IMG/VR virus record: IMGVR_UViG_3300010399_000005
Span: 1 to 64,000 of that record
Source of the DNA: a virus
Length of the DNA: 64,000 bases
Reading direction: 5' to 3' (one strand)
Below the pieces are notes generated by a model. The model was given only the letters and a program-made list of their open reading frames with translations. It did not search any database and was not told the origin of the DNA. Positions within the stretch are counted from its first letter, which is position 1. The number at the start of each line of letters is the position of its first letter. A program made the translations under genes and the position numbers. Positions 27,120-37,724 of the stretch are shown one piece after another.

Positions 27120-27667
27120 AGTCCCACCGTCGCACAGTCGTGACAGTTCATCAAGCCCATAAAGACTCGCAGCGTCGATCCGGCGCAGCCGCCCTCGGGT
27201 CCGATGGTCGGATGCTCATCTAGCACCCAGCGGTAGTTGAACCCGGCGACCCCACCGAGTGTGTCTTGGTTCTGCAGACAGCAGCGCACAGCCTCACGCA
27301 CGATGAGCTGGTCGGTGAACGTCGTGTACGCGGCCGCACTGAGCTGCTCACACGACGGTGCGTGATCGATGTCGCCGACAGGTACACATCGAATGATGGA
27401 CACCGCGAAGACGACGACCTCATAGGGTGCATCACAGACATTCGCAGTCGCATCAGGTTGTGGAAACGTTCTCGACGCGTACACATTCTCAATGTGCACA
27501 GTGAGCTGTCCACCGTTAGGTCCTCCACAACAGTTGGAGAACTCGATCTCATTACCAGGAACGACACACCGTCGACTTGGGCACCCGTTCTCACTCGACT
27601 GAAGTGCCGCACAGACACAGTCCAGCAACACCTGTGCTACATCAAAAGAACGACGGATCGGATTCAC
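27116..27667 (-). CDS. tail terminator-like virion protein (Cys-rich)
   Basis: Position in neck module; GPEGGCAG motif. Confidence 0.55.
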   Translation of the reverse strand: MNPIRRSFDVAQVLLDCVCAALQSSENGCPSRRCVVPGNEIEFSNCCGGPNGGQLTVHIENVYASRTFPQPDATANVCDAPYEVVVFAVSIIRCVPVGDIDHAPSCEQLSAAAYTTFTDQLIVREAVRCCLQNQDTLGGVAGFNYRWVLDEHPTIGPEGGCAGSTLRVFMGLMNCHDCATVGL

Positions 27668-27695
27668 ACAAGACTCCTCCAGTCGATTCTAGCCC

Positions 27696-30314
27696 TCAGA
27701 CAGTGTGCACATCGATGAGACGAATCTCGTCATGCTGCACGGTGATGATCGCATCTCGTGTGTCACCACTGGCCATCGCGACTGGATTCATCATCGTCCC
27801 ATCGATGTCAAGTACGGCGTAAGTCGGTGCACTTACAGTGATCAGACCAACCAGTGGTACGCGCATCGCCTGCGTCACCGTGATGAGATCAAGTGTGATC
27901 GACACGGTAGGTCGTGGACCCGCGGGACCGGTGACCGTCGCAGTTCCCGTGATGATCGTCGTGACGACGAGATCACCGCCGGTGTCCTGTGTCGTACCGG
28001 CCGTTCCCACGAGCGTCACAGTGGTGAGAACAGCTCCGTCGATCACGTGAACGACGTTCGCCGACCCGAACGTGGTGGCGATCGTCGTCGTCTGACTCGA
28101 CCCAGCGCGTGAGACGAAAGCAGCACCGAGTGTCGTGACGGTCTCGGTCAGTGATCCAGCGATCGAGGTACCTACAGCACCAGTGATCGTCGTCGTCACG
28201 CTGAGGTTGCCACCAGTGTTGCGATCCACGACAGCAGCACCGGATGTGGTGGCGTTGACGCTTAGACTGCCAGCAGCTGCTCGAGTGACGGTGGCCGTAC
28301 CCGTAATGGTAGTCGTCGTGAGGTGAGTACCCGAGACAGCGACACCAACACTTACACTACCTGAAGTAAGAGCTGTGACGCCCCGAAAGCCACCACTTTC
28401 AGTGATGAGACCACTGTCACCCGTGATGAGAGCGGCGACCGACAAGTCACCGGCGGCTTGTCCTGGTGCGAGAACGTTCGCTGTGCCAGCGATCGTGACG
28501 GTCACCGGTGTGGTGCTTGAGACAGCCCACGCGATAGAAGCGATGCCAAGCGTTATCACGGTGGTGACGGCTGTGCCACCGGCGGCTTGTGCAGCGGTCA
28601 CTGCACCGGTGCTCGTAACGGTGATCGACGTCGTACCGCCGACACTCACACCAAGCGTCGCGGCTCCGATCGCAGTCGCGGTCACTGCTAGGTTACCGGC
28701 CGTAGGACGAACGACAGCAGCGGTCCCGGTGATCGTCGTAGTCACGGCCAGGGTACCACTGGTGGCCCTGTCGACGGCCGCAACGCCGGCGATAGTGGCT
28801 ACCGCAGTCGTGGTACCCGCGACGTCGCGGGGGATGCTAGTCGTTCCCGTGATCGTGGCAGTCGCGGTCAGCGAACCACTCGCTGCTAGGAGTACAGCCA
28901 CGACTCCCGTGGTCGTGGCGTTCGTCACCAGTGAGCCGGTGACGCCCATCGATGCGTTGACCGCACCGGTGATCGTGGCGGTCACTCCGAGTGAGCCACC
29001 CGAGCCGTTAGTGGCGAACGCCGTACCCGTAAGTGTCACGGTTGTGGTGAGCGTCCCATCAACCGGACGTGTGACCGCTGCCACACCTGACAGGTTCGCA
29101 GTGATACTCTGCAATCCATCGACGGTGTGAGTCACGACCGCGACACCCGTCGCAGAAGCTGTGACTACCGTGGTACCCGAGACGGCCCACACGACGTTGG
29201 CCGTACCCGTCAGCGTCGCAGTCGTAGGTCGTGTACCACTGGTAGATGTGACGTACGATGCAGCGCCCGCGATCGTTGCAGTGATCGTACACGTTCCTGC
29301 CGCTGCACGTGAGACGACTGCGGCACCTGCGATGGTAGCAGTCGTCGTGGTCGTACCGGCTGCGGCTCGTGAGACAGTCGCAGCACCGACGATGGTGGCG
29401 GTCGTTGGACGAGTACCGTCGACCGTCAGTGTCGCAGCGGTCGTACCCTTAAGTGACGGTGCTCCCGCTGTGTTCTTAAGATACGAACCTCCACCAGCGT
29501 ATCCCTTAAGTAGGAACAGGCTGCCAGCACCACCACCACCAAGACCCGGGACGAGTCCCGCTCCAGTGCCAGTCTCGGTGATGACGAGCGATCCATCGAT
29601 CTCAACGGGTGGAAACTCACGAAGACGGACCATGACCGCTGGTCCAGCACCCGAGGTACCTACCGAGTACGTCGCTGTCCAGACGGGTGCAGCCGCTGCT
29701 GTACCCGTAGCACAGAGCGCGTGGTTCGTGTTCCCACCGATGTCATTACCAGTGGTTGTTCTTGGGTTCTGGTCGCCCGCTGCGACGATACCTGAGAACG
29801 TCGCTGATGTCGCAGTCAGAGCTGAAGCCGAGACCGTACGAGCAAGATCAGTTGGCCACGAGCACCCGAAGAGAAGCATGTCCCCGGCAGTGATGCCCGG
29901 GTTCGTCGTCATCGTCGCTGACCAGGTCGTGTTCGCGGTTGCGTCGATCCCCGATGCGAACACAACGGCCACATCTTGTCCAGCGGCGTGGGTGCACCGA
30001 TACATGACGCCCCACGAGCTGTTACCTGATGTGATCGTTACCGTCTCGTTACCAGTGAGAGCAGACGGTGCCTTACGAAAGAAGACTGCGATCTTAGTGG
30101 AACCTGTGTCGACACCCTGTGCCACTGAACCATCAGTGAGCGTGCCCATCAGCGTCCAGCCTGAGGGCGTGACGATCGTCGCGTTGAACGGCTTTGTCGC
30201 GACAAACATGACGAGCCAGTCGTCCGTCGCGATGCTCGCTGGATACGGCACGAGCATCAGCGTCGCTGACGCTGTCGACAGAGACACCGTTGAAGAGGCA
30301 ACCGCGATGGTCAC
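27696..30314 (-). CDS. large Thr/Ala/Gly/Val-rich repeat virion (fibre-like) protein
   Basis: N-terminal globular domain (DDWLVMFV..TPSGWT) followed by many roughly 22-aa repeats of the type TATIAGAAxVxRxAxG. Confidence 0.7.
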   Translation of the reverse strand: MTIAVASSTVSLSTASATLMLVPYPASIATDDWLVMFVATKPFNATIVTPSGWTLMGTLTDGSVAQGVDTGSTKIAVFFRKAPSALTGNETVTITSGNSSWGVMYRCTHAAGQDVAVVFASGIDATANTTWSATMTTNPGITAGDMLLFGCSWPTDLARTVSASALTATSATFSGIVAAGDQNPRTTTGNDIGGNTNHALCATGTAAAAPVWTATYSVGTSGAGPAVMVRLREFPPVEIDGSLVITETGTGAGLVPGLGGGGAGSLFLLKGYAGGGSYLKNTAGAPSLKGTTAATLTVDGTRPTTATIVGAATVSRAAAGTTTTTATIAGAAVVSRAAAGTCTITATIAGAASYVTSTSGTRPTTATLTGTANVVWAVSGTTVVTASATGVAVVTHTVDGLQSITANLSGVAAVTRPVDGTLTTTVTLTGTAFATNGSGGSLGVTATITGAVNASMGVTGSLVTNATTTGVVAVLLAASGSLTATATITGTTSIPRDVAGTTTAVATIAGVAAVDRATSGTLAVTTTITGTAAVVRPTAGNLAVTATAIGAATLGVSVGGTTSITVTSTGAVTAAQAAGGTAVTTVITLGIASIAWAVSSTTPVTVTIAGTANVLAPGQAAGDLSVAALITGDSGLITESGGFRGVTALTSGSVSVGVAVSGTHLTTTTITGTATVTRAAAGSLSVNATTSGAAVVDRNTGGNLSVTTTITGAVGTSIAGSLTETVTTLGAAFVSRAGSSQTTTIATTFGSANVVHVIDGAVLTTVTLVGTAGTTQDTGGDLVVTTIITGTATVTGPAGPRPTVSITLDLITVTQAMRVPLVGLITVSAPTYAVLDIDGTMMNPVAMASGDTRDAIITVQHDEIRLIDVHTV

Positions 30315-30335
30315 CGGCTGCCTCCTTTCGTCAGG

Positions 30336-31271
30336 TCAGTACCATGGCCGTGGTGTAGCGATGCGCGTAGCGGTGTCGTGGATGTCAGGAGTCACATTCG
30401 CTGGAGCTGCATCGAAGAAACCTGATGGTGTGGATAGGATCGAGAGTGCGGCATTCGTCCGAGTCTCGCCGCCCTTCTGCCGCATGTAACCGGGTGTGGC
30501 CGAGACAGCAGTGATGTTGCAGTTTGCGGTACCGACCGAGTAGTCAATGAGGAAACTGTCGATTGAGTTACCGATGCCGTCCATGTCGATGTGACGTACG
30601 TGCCACTCGGGCGACCACGGCCACTCCGTGAAGATGTCGCCGGGATAGCCCGCATCTTCGAACGGCTCCGTGAAGAACGAGTTAAGCGCCATCGGTTTCG
30701 ACGTCGCCGGGGACTTGATCAGCACGTCATGAAAGTCAAAGGGAATGGATCCAGCGGTGAGGTCCTGCACCTGACAGCGGTACGCGACTTCATCAGTCTG
30801 CTGGTCGGTCGCAACATAAGGAGGTACCTGCCCACTTCCACCGTAGATCTCATTTGCAACGTAGTCTTGCTTCGGCGACTTGAACACACGGAACCGATAC
30901 CAGTGGTTGTAGAACCACGTGTAGCCGAATGAGACACCCGCGTTGATGTCGATGAAGACATCATCAGTGAGCATCGGTCCGGATCGAAACGTCGCACCGC
31001 CACCGATGGTGTCATCGTACACGCCCCAGTTGATCATGCCCTTGTAGACGATGTCCGGGTGGTTGTATGCCTGCAGACCGATGTGACCACCGCCGACACC
31101 TACGTCAGCGTCATTGTAGAAGTCGATCTGAAACGCCCAGAAGCACAGGAACATGCCACCACTAAAGTCGCCGGGAGGCGCCATCACAGGCCCACTGGTG
31201 ACCCGCATGTCGAAACCGATCTCATCAACACGAGGTCTCTTACTCGCGGATGGAAAGCAGTAGATCGCCAT
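30336..31271 (-). CDS. beta-sandwich/lectin-like virion-associated protein
   Basis: FWAFQIDF...GGHIGLQ...INWG, aromatic-rich; lies in the fibre cluster. Confidence 0.5.
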   Translation of the reverse strand: MAIYCFPSASKRPRVDEIGFDMRVTSGPVMAPPGDFSGGMFLCFWAFQIDFYNDADVGVGGGHIGLQAYNHPDIVYKGMINWGVYDDTIGGGATFRSGPMLTDDVFIDINAGVSFGYTWFYNHWYRFRVFKSPKQDYVANEIYGGSGQVPPYVATDQQTDEVAYRCQVQDLTAGSIPFDFHDVLIKSPATSKPMALNSFFTEPFEDAGYPGDIFTEWPWSPEWHVRHIDMDGIGNSIDSFLIDYSVGTANCNITAVSATPGYMRQKGGETRTNAALSILSTPSGFFDAAPANVTPDIHDTATRIATPRPWY

Positions 31272-32698
31272 TAGGCGGCGACCTCACACCCCGCACGGTG
31301 AAACGACATGCCGCGTATGGCAGTCGTGGTAGTAGCGATCCCACACACTGCCCGCATCCAGTTCGTCTGCCCGGGCATGTTCGAAGTCACATTGATCAGT
31401 GAACCGGAGTCGAGTGCATCGGTACGGTTGATGACGTGACCGAACGCGTATCCACCAGATGGTCTGCAGTAGACGTAGAAGTCAAAGACCTTGGAGGTGG
31501 CAAACGCGATGCCACTGTCCATCGTCGTTTCCGTGGTGCCGTTCTTGGACGTCAAGAGGAAGTTGCCAGAGCCGTTCGTGATGCGGAACCCATGCCGATG
31601 CCCGGCGGGGTCGGCGGTAGCGAGCGAGGTGGCCGCGGTCTGGTCGGTGAGGCCTGCAAAGAACAGCGTGGAGCCATACCCATTAGCGTGATCGAACACG
31701 ACACGACAGTGAAAGTAGTAACCGCACCAAGGTTGAACGTTGTCGCCACGTACGTATCGCAGGTCGGTGGTAGACACGAACGCTGCGTTGCCTGACGTCG
31801 TGGAAGTGTTCATCGACTGCCGCACACCGAGTGTTGTCGTGCTCGTCGGTGTGGACCAAGTCGATGCGGTGTTCGTTGACGGAACCTCGGTGGTGTTCGT
31901 GGGAGCGGTCGTGCCGGTGCCCGGGTGCACGCGCCAGACCATCGCGGGGCCCGTGATCTCATCACCATACGGCAGCCACCGGTCGACCGACTCGATGGTC
32001 GGGACCGGTCGGTAGCCCAGCCACCGAGCGTACATGTGGATGTAGAGGTCACCGCTCGGTGTCGGCGGGTTGCTGACCGACTGGCCGGGCATGATGATGT
32101 AGCCGTCGCCCGAGGACGTGCCCAGTGTGAATGCACCAAGCACCGCCGGCGGGTCCGAGCCGGACGGCGCGTGTGTGTCGCCGTGGTCGGTCGATGCATA
32201 CTCACCAGAGTGTAGGTGATCACCACGAGCTGCCGTCGTCGACGTCGTTCCGTACGGTGCTTGATAGTCGACGAGCAGACGCTTATCAACGATGTTGCCC
32301 GCGGTGATCGACGTCGCTGAGGTCGGGATGACAACAGCACACAACACGGTACGTGACGCTGGAATCGTAGGAAACTCAGGCTGTGCCGCTGCGGTGCCGG
32401 CCACGACCGACAGTGCACCGGCGTTGTCAGCGACGACGAGATCAATGCGTGGGTTCGATCCCGACGCTGCACCTGGTGTGACGGTGGCTCCTGTGACCGC
32501 TACCGCTGTCTTCGACCCGACGTGCACCGAGCCGGACGCGACCGCTACTCCAAGCGTTACACCTGAGCTTGCAGGTGTGCACGCACATCCCGATGCGACA
32601 CCGTAACCGAGGAATCCAGCACTCCAGATCTCGAAGTCCTTGGAGTCCGGTGCGGCTTGAATGGGGAACGATGCCCCCGACGCGTTTGGGATGCCCAC
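31271..32698 (-). CDS. tail fibre-like protein
   Basis: GVASG...NPRIDLVV...GTAAAQPEFP N-terminal module; ARGDHLH repeat; C-terminal lectin-like domain. Confidence 0.7.
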   Translation of the reverse strand: MGIPNASGASFPIQAAPDSKDFEIWSAGFLGYGVASGCACTPASSGVTLGVAVASGSVHVGSKTAVAVTGATVTPGAASGSNPRIDLVVADNAGALSVVAGTAAAQPEFPTIPASRTVLCAVVIPTSATSITAGNIVDKRLLVDYQAPYGTTSTTAARGDHLHSGEYASTDHGDTHAPSGSDPPAVLGAFTLGTSSGDGYIIMPGQSVSNPPTPSGDLYIHMYARWLGYRPVPTIESVDRWLPYGDEITGPAMVWRVHPGTGTTAPTNTTEVPSTNTASTWSTPTSTTTLGVRQSMNTSTTSGNAAFVSTTDLRYVRGDNVQPWCGYYFHCRVVFDHANGYGSTLFFAGLTDQTAATSLATADPAGHRHGFRITNGSGNFLLTSKNGTTETTMDSGIAFATSKVFDFYVYCRPSGGYAFGHVINRTDALDSGSLINVTSNMPGQTNWMRAVCGIATTTTAIRGMSFHRAGCEVAA

Positions 32699-32711
32699 AA
32701 GTTAGTCCGGT

Positions 32712-33122
32712 TCAAGCTGCAATGGGAGTGAACGCGATGCTGTGCGACGTCATGTTGAGTGTGTCGCCGTTGGTGATCGCCTTCGGAGTGGTGAGAGCGA
32801 ATGAGTACAAGAAGTTTCCTGCGGTCAGGTTGTCCCACACAGACACGTGTGAGATCGTCTCGGAGCCCGACGCCCAAGACGCCCAGGACGGAAGCGTCGC
32901 TTGGATAGCCTTCGAGCCAGCCGAGGCAGCGGCCCACGCGATGATCACACGCGTCGTGTTCGCCGATGCGGCAGTCGTACCAGCCGCACCCGGGTCAGCG
33001 GTGTGAAGCTTCATATACGTGTTCGTCGGCGCGGTGAACGCCGTGGCACCGAGCATGTCGAGCCACTTATTCGCCAGTGTCGTGGCGGCCAGTCCTACGG
33101 TCACGTCTGTTCCTTTCGACAA
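32712..33122 (-). CDS. virion structural (fibre-associated) protein
   Basis: LHTADPG, ETISHVSVWD..TAGNFL and GDTL motifs. Confidence 0.7.
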   Translation of the reverse strand: MSKGTDVTVGLAATTLANKWLDMLGATAFTAPTNTYMKLHTADPGAAGTTAASANTTRVIIAWAAASAGSKAIQATLPSWASWASGSETISHVSVWDNLTAGNFLYSFALTTPKAITNGDTLNMTSHSIAFTPIAA

Positions 33123-33301
33123 GCCAGCTCATCGAGCACGGCCAGGATCTCGGGTGGTACATCACCCTGGTTAGCGTCGGCGGTGATCGTGGCCGCGAGA
33201 TCGATGAACTGACTAAGTGGACCCTTGACCACCTCGCCATCACCTTCGATCTTCATCTCCATGAGTTGACCGTCGAGCGTAAACACTTTCGTCTGAGTCA
33301 T
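33101..33301 (-). CDS. hypothetical protein
   Basis: In late operon. Confidence 0.5.
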   Translation of the reverse strand: MTQTKVFTLDGQLMEMKIEGDGEVVKGPLSQFIDLAATITADANQGDVPPEILAVLDELACRKEQT

Positions 33302-33304
33302 ACG

Positions 33305-33646
33305 TTAAACTCCAAGTTGATGTCGACCTGAGTCGAGTATGAAGTCACCCTTCACCCAGGTCCGTGTCTCTCCACCTGCGATACGATCGAGTTCCCAGTG
33401 ACCCGTAAAGCTACTAGCCCAGGGTGGTACCAGCCCAGTCGTGTTAAGCGTGAGAATGACCGGTGAGCTATTCGGTGGGGTGACGACGAATGACGCGGTA
33501 GGAGTGTCCTGACAGAGGCTGTCCCAAAGCGTTCCGACCCACGTCCCACTCTCATATGTAGTGGGAACGTTGATCTCGATGACGATGGTGTCACCAGGCT
33601 CACCAAAGACGTTCACCGTAGGAGCGAGAAGATCGACGGTACTCAT
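33305..33646 (-). CDS. virion protein (BppU N-terminal-like)
   Basis: GDT...WELD...RTWVKG pattern. Confidence 0.55.
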   Translation of the reverse strand: MSTVDLLAPTVNVFGEPGDTIVIEINVPTTYESGTWVGTLWDSLCQDTPTASFVVTPPNSSPVILTLNTTGLVPPWASSFTGHWELDRIAGGETRTWVKGDFILDSGRHQLGV

Positions 33647-34395
33647 GAGTTCACCGGTGGTATCAGCACATCAGGTGAGTACACTCGAGCTCGATCGAGC
33701 AGACCCTTAGGGTTGAAGGTCTTGATGAAGAGGTCGGGTATCGTCAACCCAGTGAGTCCGGTAGAGTCACGCTGCATCGTCACACCACGTCGTGACACCG
33801 ATGCGACCTTGAACGGAAGCGCGCACTCTTCGCCACACATCTGCTTCATGATCTCAACGCCCAGGATCCCAACGGCGAGCTTACCGAGATCGGGAAGCTC
33901 GGGTCCAAACGCTGCTGTGACAGACCAGGCACCAAGCCCGCTCGTGACACTCCAGTCCTGACACATCGGCCACTCGGCGCCGACGCGCACCAGGCGCACA
34001 CCGTCGTAGAAGGCCCAGCCACTGGTAGGTAGTGACACACCGTCGATGACGACGCCTGACACACGAGCAAAGTCAGGTAGGACGACCTCACTTGAGGTCG
34101 TGCAACCACAGGGCCCGGTGCAGATACCACACGCGACGTTCAGCCACTGCCCATCAAGCAGTGTGGGGTGAGGCCAGCCTGTGCCACCGACGTCACGGTC
34201 AGACTGTGGCATACAGTCACTCCGACACGGACGAACGGTCACAGGACAGTTCTGGAACCGCCGCCCCGTGGCTTCCCAGAGCAGTTCAGATGCGGCTAGG
34301 AAGGCGGCACCCGTGACCACTGGTGAGTAGCCACAGATGTCCGAACACAGAGTGGCGGGCCAAGCTTCGCACAAGTTCTCGTACGTGCTGACCAC
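33643..34395 (-). CDS. head-to-tail adaptor
   Basis: ASELLWEATGRRF, VRPC, WPMCQD, CALP..VASVSRRGV motifs. Confidence 0.7.
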   Translation of the reverse strand: MVSTYENLCEAWPATLCSDICGYSPVVTGAAFLAASELLWEATGRRFQNCPVTVRPCRSDCMPQSDRDVGGTGWPHPTLLDGQWLNVACGICTGPCGCTTSSEVVLPDFARVSGVVIDGVSLPTSGWAFYDGVRLVRVGAEWPMCQDWSVTSGLGAWSVTAAFGPELPDLGKLAVGILGVEIMKQMCGEECALPFKVASVSRRGVTMQRDSTGLTGLTIPDLFIKTFNPKGLLDRARVYSPDVLIPPVNS

Positions 34396-34405
34396 CTCCT
34401 CCGTG

Positions 34406-35071
34406 TTAGAGAGTCACAGCACCACAACCGGTCAGCGCCGGCAGCGGTAGCGCGGCGATGTTGAAGCCGTAGTGCGCACCCACTGGCACCGCACTGATCC
34501 AGTCAGGAGCGGCTCCTGGACCTGTCCCCCAGAGTGGGTTGGCTCCCTGGGTCTTCGCGGAGATCTCCCAGTCGAGTACGTCATCCTCGATGGTGAAGTC
34601 ATTGAAGCGACCAGCGAAGAGGTTAGGCCACACCCAGTACACAGCGCGTGCCACAGACGTCGAACCACACGCCTGTCCCGACACCGCCTGCCAGACCTCC
34701 AGGCTGAAGTGCTGCGTCACGGTACCTTCAGTGACCCAGAAGCCCGTGCCCGTCGCAGGTGCACCGGTGACGATGACCGAAGAACCCGTCATGAGGTTGA
34801 CCATGTCCGGGTCGATCTGACAGAACTGAATGGTGAGCTGCGAGCGGGTGAACTGGTCGGGACCAACGTCGTTCACGCAGAAGTTGCCTGCGGCGTTGCG
34901 GAGCTGGTACTCGGTACCGTCCTCGTACTCCTGCGAGGCCTCGACCTTGACGAAGCCATCCGTGACGATCTGCGAACCAGCGCCCGTGACCGGCACGCCG
35001 CAAGCGTCGAGCTTAATGACGCGCATGCGCGTCCCCTGGATGGGAGCTGCACAGAGAGCGGGTGCGGTCAT
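34406..35071 (-). CDS. major tail (tube) protein
   Basis: GTRMRVIKLDACG, NAAGNFCV, FCQIDPD and FSLEVW motifs; strongly biased codon usage. Confidence 0.8.
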   Translation of the reverse strand: MTAPALCAAPIQGTRMRVIKLDACGVPVTGAGSQIVTDGFVKVEASQEYEDGTEYQLRNAAGNFCVNDVGPDQFTRSQLTIQFCQIDPDMVNLMTGSSVIVTGAPATGTGFWVTEGTVTQHFSLEVWQAVSGQACGSTSVARAVYWVWPNLFAGRFNDFTIEDDVLDWEISAKTQGANPLWGTGPGAAPDWISAVPVGAHYGFNIAALPLPALTGCGAVTL

Positions 35072-35084
35072 GGCTTAACCTCTC

Positions 35085-35972
35085 CTACGCGTTGAATGCA
35101 TCGGGGACCTGACCACCGATCTTGATCTGGATCGCCAGATGACAACAGTCCCAGTCGATCACATATGTTCTTTCAGCGACGAGCACGATGTCGTTCTTCG
35201 CTCGGTCGACCATCTCGGAGTTGTTCGTGGCCGACATCTCGATGGGACCACGACGAAGCTGGATGGCTCCAGTCGCGTACACCCAGCGGGTTCCGGGTCC
35301 AGGCGCTGTCCCATCCGGTGCCGTCCCGGGATACCCATTACCCGACACCACGATGTGACCTGAGGGCGAGCGAAGACGAGTGCCGTCGTGGCGGAGTAGA
35401 CCGTACGCTTCCCAGTGCGTGACGACACTGTTCGGCGCGTGGATGACTCCCTCAGAACCGTAGCACCAGCCGAGAGCTTCCTCGAGTCGAGCGAGTCCTT
35501 CCACCGCATCTACGACAGCACCACCCGTTACGAGAACCGTCGCAGCGGTCTGCAGGATGGTGCCATCAACGTCGGTGACTTGCGCGTTCGCAGCAAGGTG
35601 AGGGGTGGTGCCAAGCGCCCCCGTCCAGAACTCGCGTTCAACGGCTCGCGCCTCACCGTATGTCAGTGCGTTCTGCGCGATCGTACGAGCCTCATCAAGG
35701 TAACCGATGGGGCTACACACGGGAAGGCTGTACACGGTGAACGGAGATGCACCTCGAACCTGAAGTGCATCGGTACGAATCTTATCTCCGGTACCCGTGA
35801 CCGCACAGCTTGCGGTCGTGACGATGCCTGGCGAGCAGGTCTCGACCTCGATGCGGACGCCCATCTGCCAGTGGGGGTCGACGTCCGTCGGTTGCTGAAC
35901 TGCAGTGATCAAGCCGTAGGGAGACGTGACACGCGTCGGTCCACCGACCAACGGTCGAGCAGATGGAATCAC
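35085..35972 (-). CDS. capsid-associated (decoration/minor head) protein
   Basis: Directly after capsid gene; PFTVY, EARAVEREFW, GYPG and AERTYV motifs. Confidence 0.6.
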   Translation of the reverse strand: MIPSARPLVGGPTRVTSPYGLITAVQQPTDVDPHWQMGVRIEVETCSPGIVTTASCAVTGTGDKIRTDALQVRGASPFTVYSLPVCSPIGYLDEARTIAQNALTYGEARAVEREFWTGALGTTPHLAANAQVTDVDGTILQTAATVLVTGGAVVDAVEGLARLEEALGWCYGSEGVIHAPNSVVTHWEAYGLLRHDGTRLRSPSGHIVVSGNGYPGTAPDGTAPGPGTRWVYATGAIQLRRGPIEMSATNNSEMVDRAKNDIVLVAERTYVIDWDCCHLAIQIKIGGQVPDAFNA

Positions 35973-36006
35973 GTGTCACGCTCCCTTCGGTTGATCAGTG
36001 ACCAGG

Positions 36007-37707
36007 TCAGACCAGGTTGCAGGTCAGGCTGGCCGGCCCGGTGGCGCCGTTCACGCAGAAGTTGACCGTGACCAGTCGGGACTCGTGCCCGATTCTCGCG
36101 GTGAGCTTGCACTCTTCGGTCCAGGCCGCGGTGTGGTCGTTCTTCGCGTTGAGCGTGGAGTCCCGCACAACGCCGAGGTTGAGGTCGAGGCCCATGCCCA
36201 CGACCCAGGTGCCCGCGGCGTAGATGAGGAACTGCACGTTCTCCGGCCAGGACGCACGTGGCGTGGTCTGCCCGAGGAAGTCGCCCGAACCGAGCTGCCA
36301 GTCACTGACGAACTGGACTCGAACGTGTCGCTCATCGAACCACGCGCCGATCATGGCGTCCGTGACGGCCAGCAGGTCCATGCCGGTTCGCTTCGAGAGG
36401 TCGGAGCGGATCGCCTCCTTGGACCAGCGGGGTAGCACGACCTCGAGCACCTCGTTGTCGCACATCCGATACTTCTCACGATAGTCGGCGGCCTGAAGGC
36501 CAACCGCTCCGAGGAGCCCGGTGGCGATCGGCACGTCGGTGCCGGTAACCGCGACGGAGGTGGAGCCTGCGACGATGTCAGCGATGATCCGCTGGTTCAT
36601 CACGTGCTCATGAGCGTTCATCACGAGCCGCAGGTAGTTCTGGATGAGCTCGGGGTACGCGCTCTCCGTGAGGTTACCAGCGGTGACGCAGAGACCGTGA
36701 CACGCGAGCCGCAGCTCGTTGAAGGTCGGGCACGGTACACGGACGCACGGCTTGGTGCCGGTGCCGGTGACGGCGGCGATGTCGTCGTTCTCGGTCCAGA
36801 GCCAGATGTTGCTCAGCACGTCGGCGATCGTCGGCGACGTCGGCCAGCGGATACCACCGCGCGTAACGCCCACGGTCGGGACGTCGAGCATCCCATCATC
36901 GCAGGCGATGTTGAAGAAGTCGTAAATGATCGTGCTGGGAGCGCACCAGCCGCCAGCAGCGACGAGGTTCTTCGGGTCGGCTGCCCGGTGCATGACGTCC
37001 CAGATCTGGGCCGGAGCGGCCTCACGATCCAGGACGATGTCGTACTCCTTGCGGACCGTGGCGACCGTGATGTTGCCCGAGGGAATGGCGAGCGTCTTGG
37101 CCCGACGGTGCATCGCGTCGGTGAGCACCTCGAGCGTCTCGAGTCGCCGGCCGGCCGCGTACATCGGCACGTCAGGAGCGGTGACGATCTGCGCCTGGGC
37201 GGCCATCGAGCTGACGCCCGGGTCCGGAGCTCGGCGAGCCACCTCGCTAAGCGGAACGTTGAGGCGCTTCCGCTTCACGACCAGAGCACCTGTGCCTCGG
37301 ATCGGACCGGCGGCGGTGACCTGCGAGGGCTCGTCCATGATGGACTCGACCTCAGCCGGCTCGGGATCAGGCTCGGGCTCGGGATCAGGATCAGGCGGCT
37401 CGGTCGCAACGGTCTCGGAGCGAACGCCCATCTGCTCGAGCACGGAGTCGAGCTCGGCGGCCTCGGCAGCCAGCCGCTCGTTCTCCTCATCCCGACGGTT
37501 CGTCTCGCTCTTGACCCGCTCGATGGCGGCTGTGATCGTCCGGAGCTCGGCGAGCTTGACCTCCGATAGGTTGCCGTCGCCTCGCACAGTGTCGAAGGTC
37601 CGGAGCAACTCGGAGCCCAGGGTCTCCAGGTCCGCGTCGGTCATGCTCGTCATGTCCTCGGGGACGACCAGGTTCTCATCGCCTCCCGGGTGGGTTTCAG
37701 GATCCAT
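36007..37707 (-). CDS. major capsid protein with N-terminal scaffold-like coiled coil
   Basis: Acidic coiled coil and PEPD linker, then LVAAGGWCAPS, RGGI, KPC and LGVVRDSTLN motifs; GAGGAAG SD before ATG at 37707. Confidence 0.9.
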   Translation of the reverse strand: MDPETHPGGDENLVVPEDMTSMTDADLETLGSELLRTFDTVRGDGNLSEVKLAELRTITAAIERVKSETNRRDEENERLAAEAAELDSVLEQMGVRSETVATEPPDPDPEPEPDPEPAEVESIMDEPSQVTAAGPIRGTGALVVKRKRLNVPLSEVARRAPDPGVSSMAAQAQIVTAPDVPMYAAGRRLETLEVLTDAMHRRAKTLAIPSGNITVATVRKEYDIVLDREAAPAQIWDVMHRAADPKNLVAAGGWCAPSTIIYDFFNIACDDGMLDVPTVGVTRGGIRWPTSPTIADVLSNIWLWTENDDIAAVTGTGTKPCVRVPCPTFNELRLACHGLCVTAGNLTESAYPELIQNYLRLVMNAHEHVMNQRIIADIVAGSTSVAVTGTDVPIATGLLGAVGLQAADYREKYRMCDNEVLEVVLPRWSKEAIRSDLSKRTGMDLLAVTDAMIGAWFDERHVRVQFVSDWQLGSGDFLGQTTPRASWPENVQFLIYAAGTWVVGMGLDLNLGVVRDSTLNAKNDHTAAWTEECKLTARIGHESRLVTVNFCVNGATGPASLTCNLV

Positions 37708-37724
37708 CAGCTTCCTCACGTGGT

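Noticed and set aside
28375-30489. Long plus-strand ORFs (251 and 442 aa) rich in Val/Pro/Ala
   Set aside because: Antisense shadows of the Thr/Ala/Gly repeat gene.
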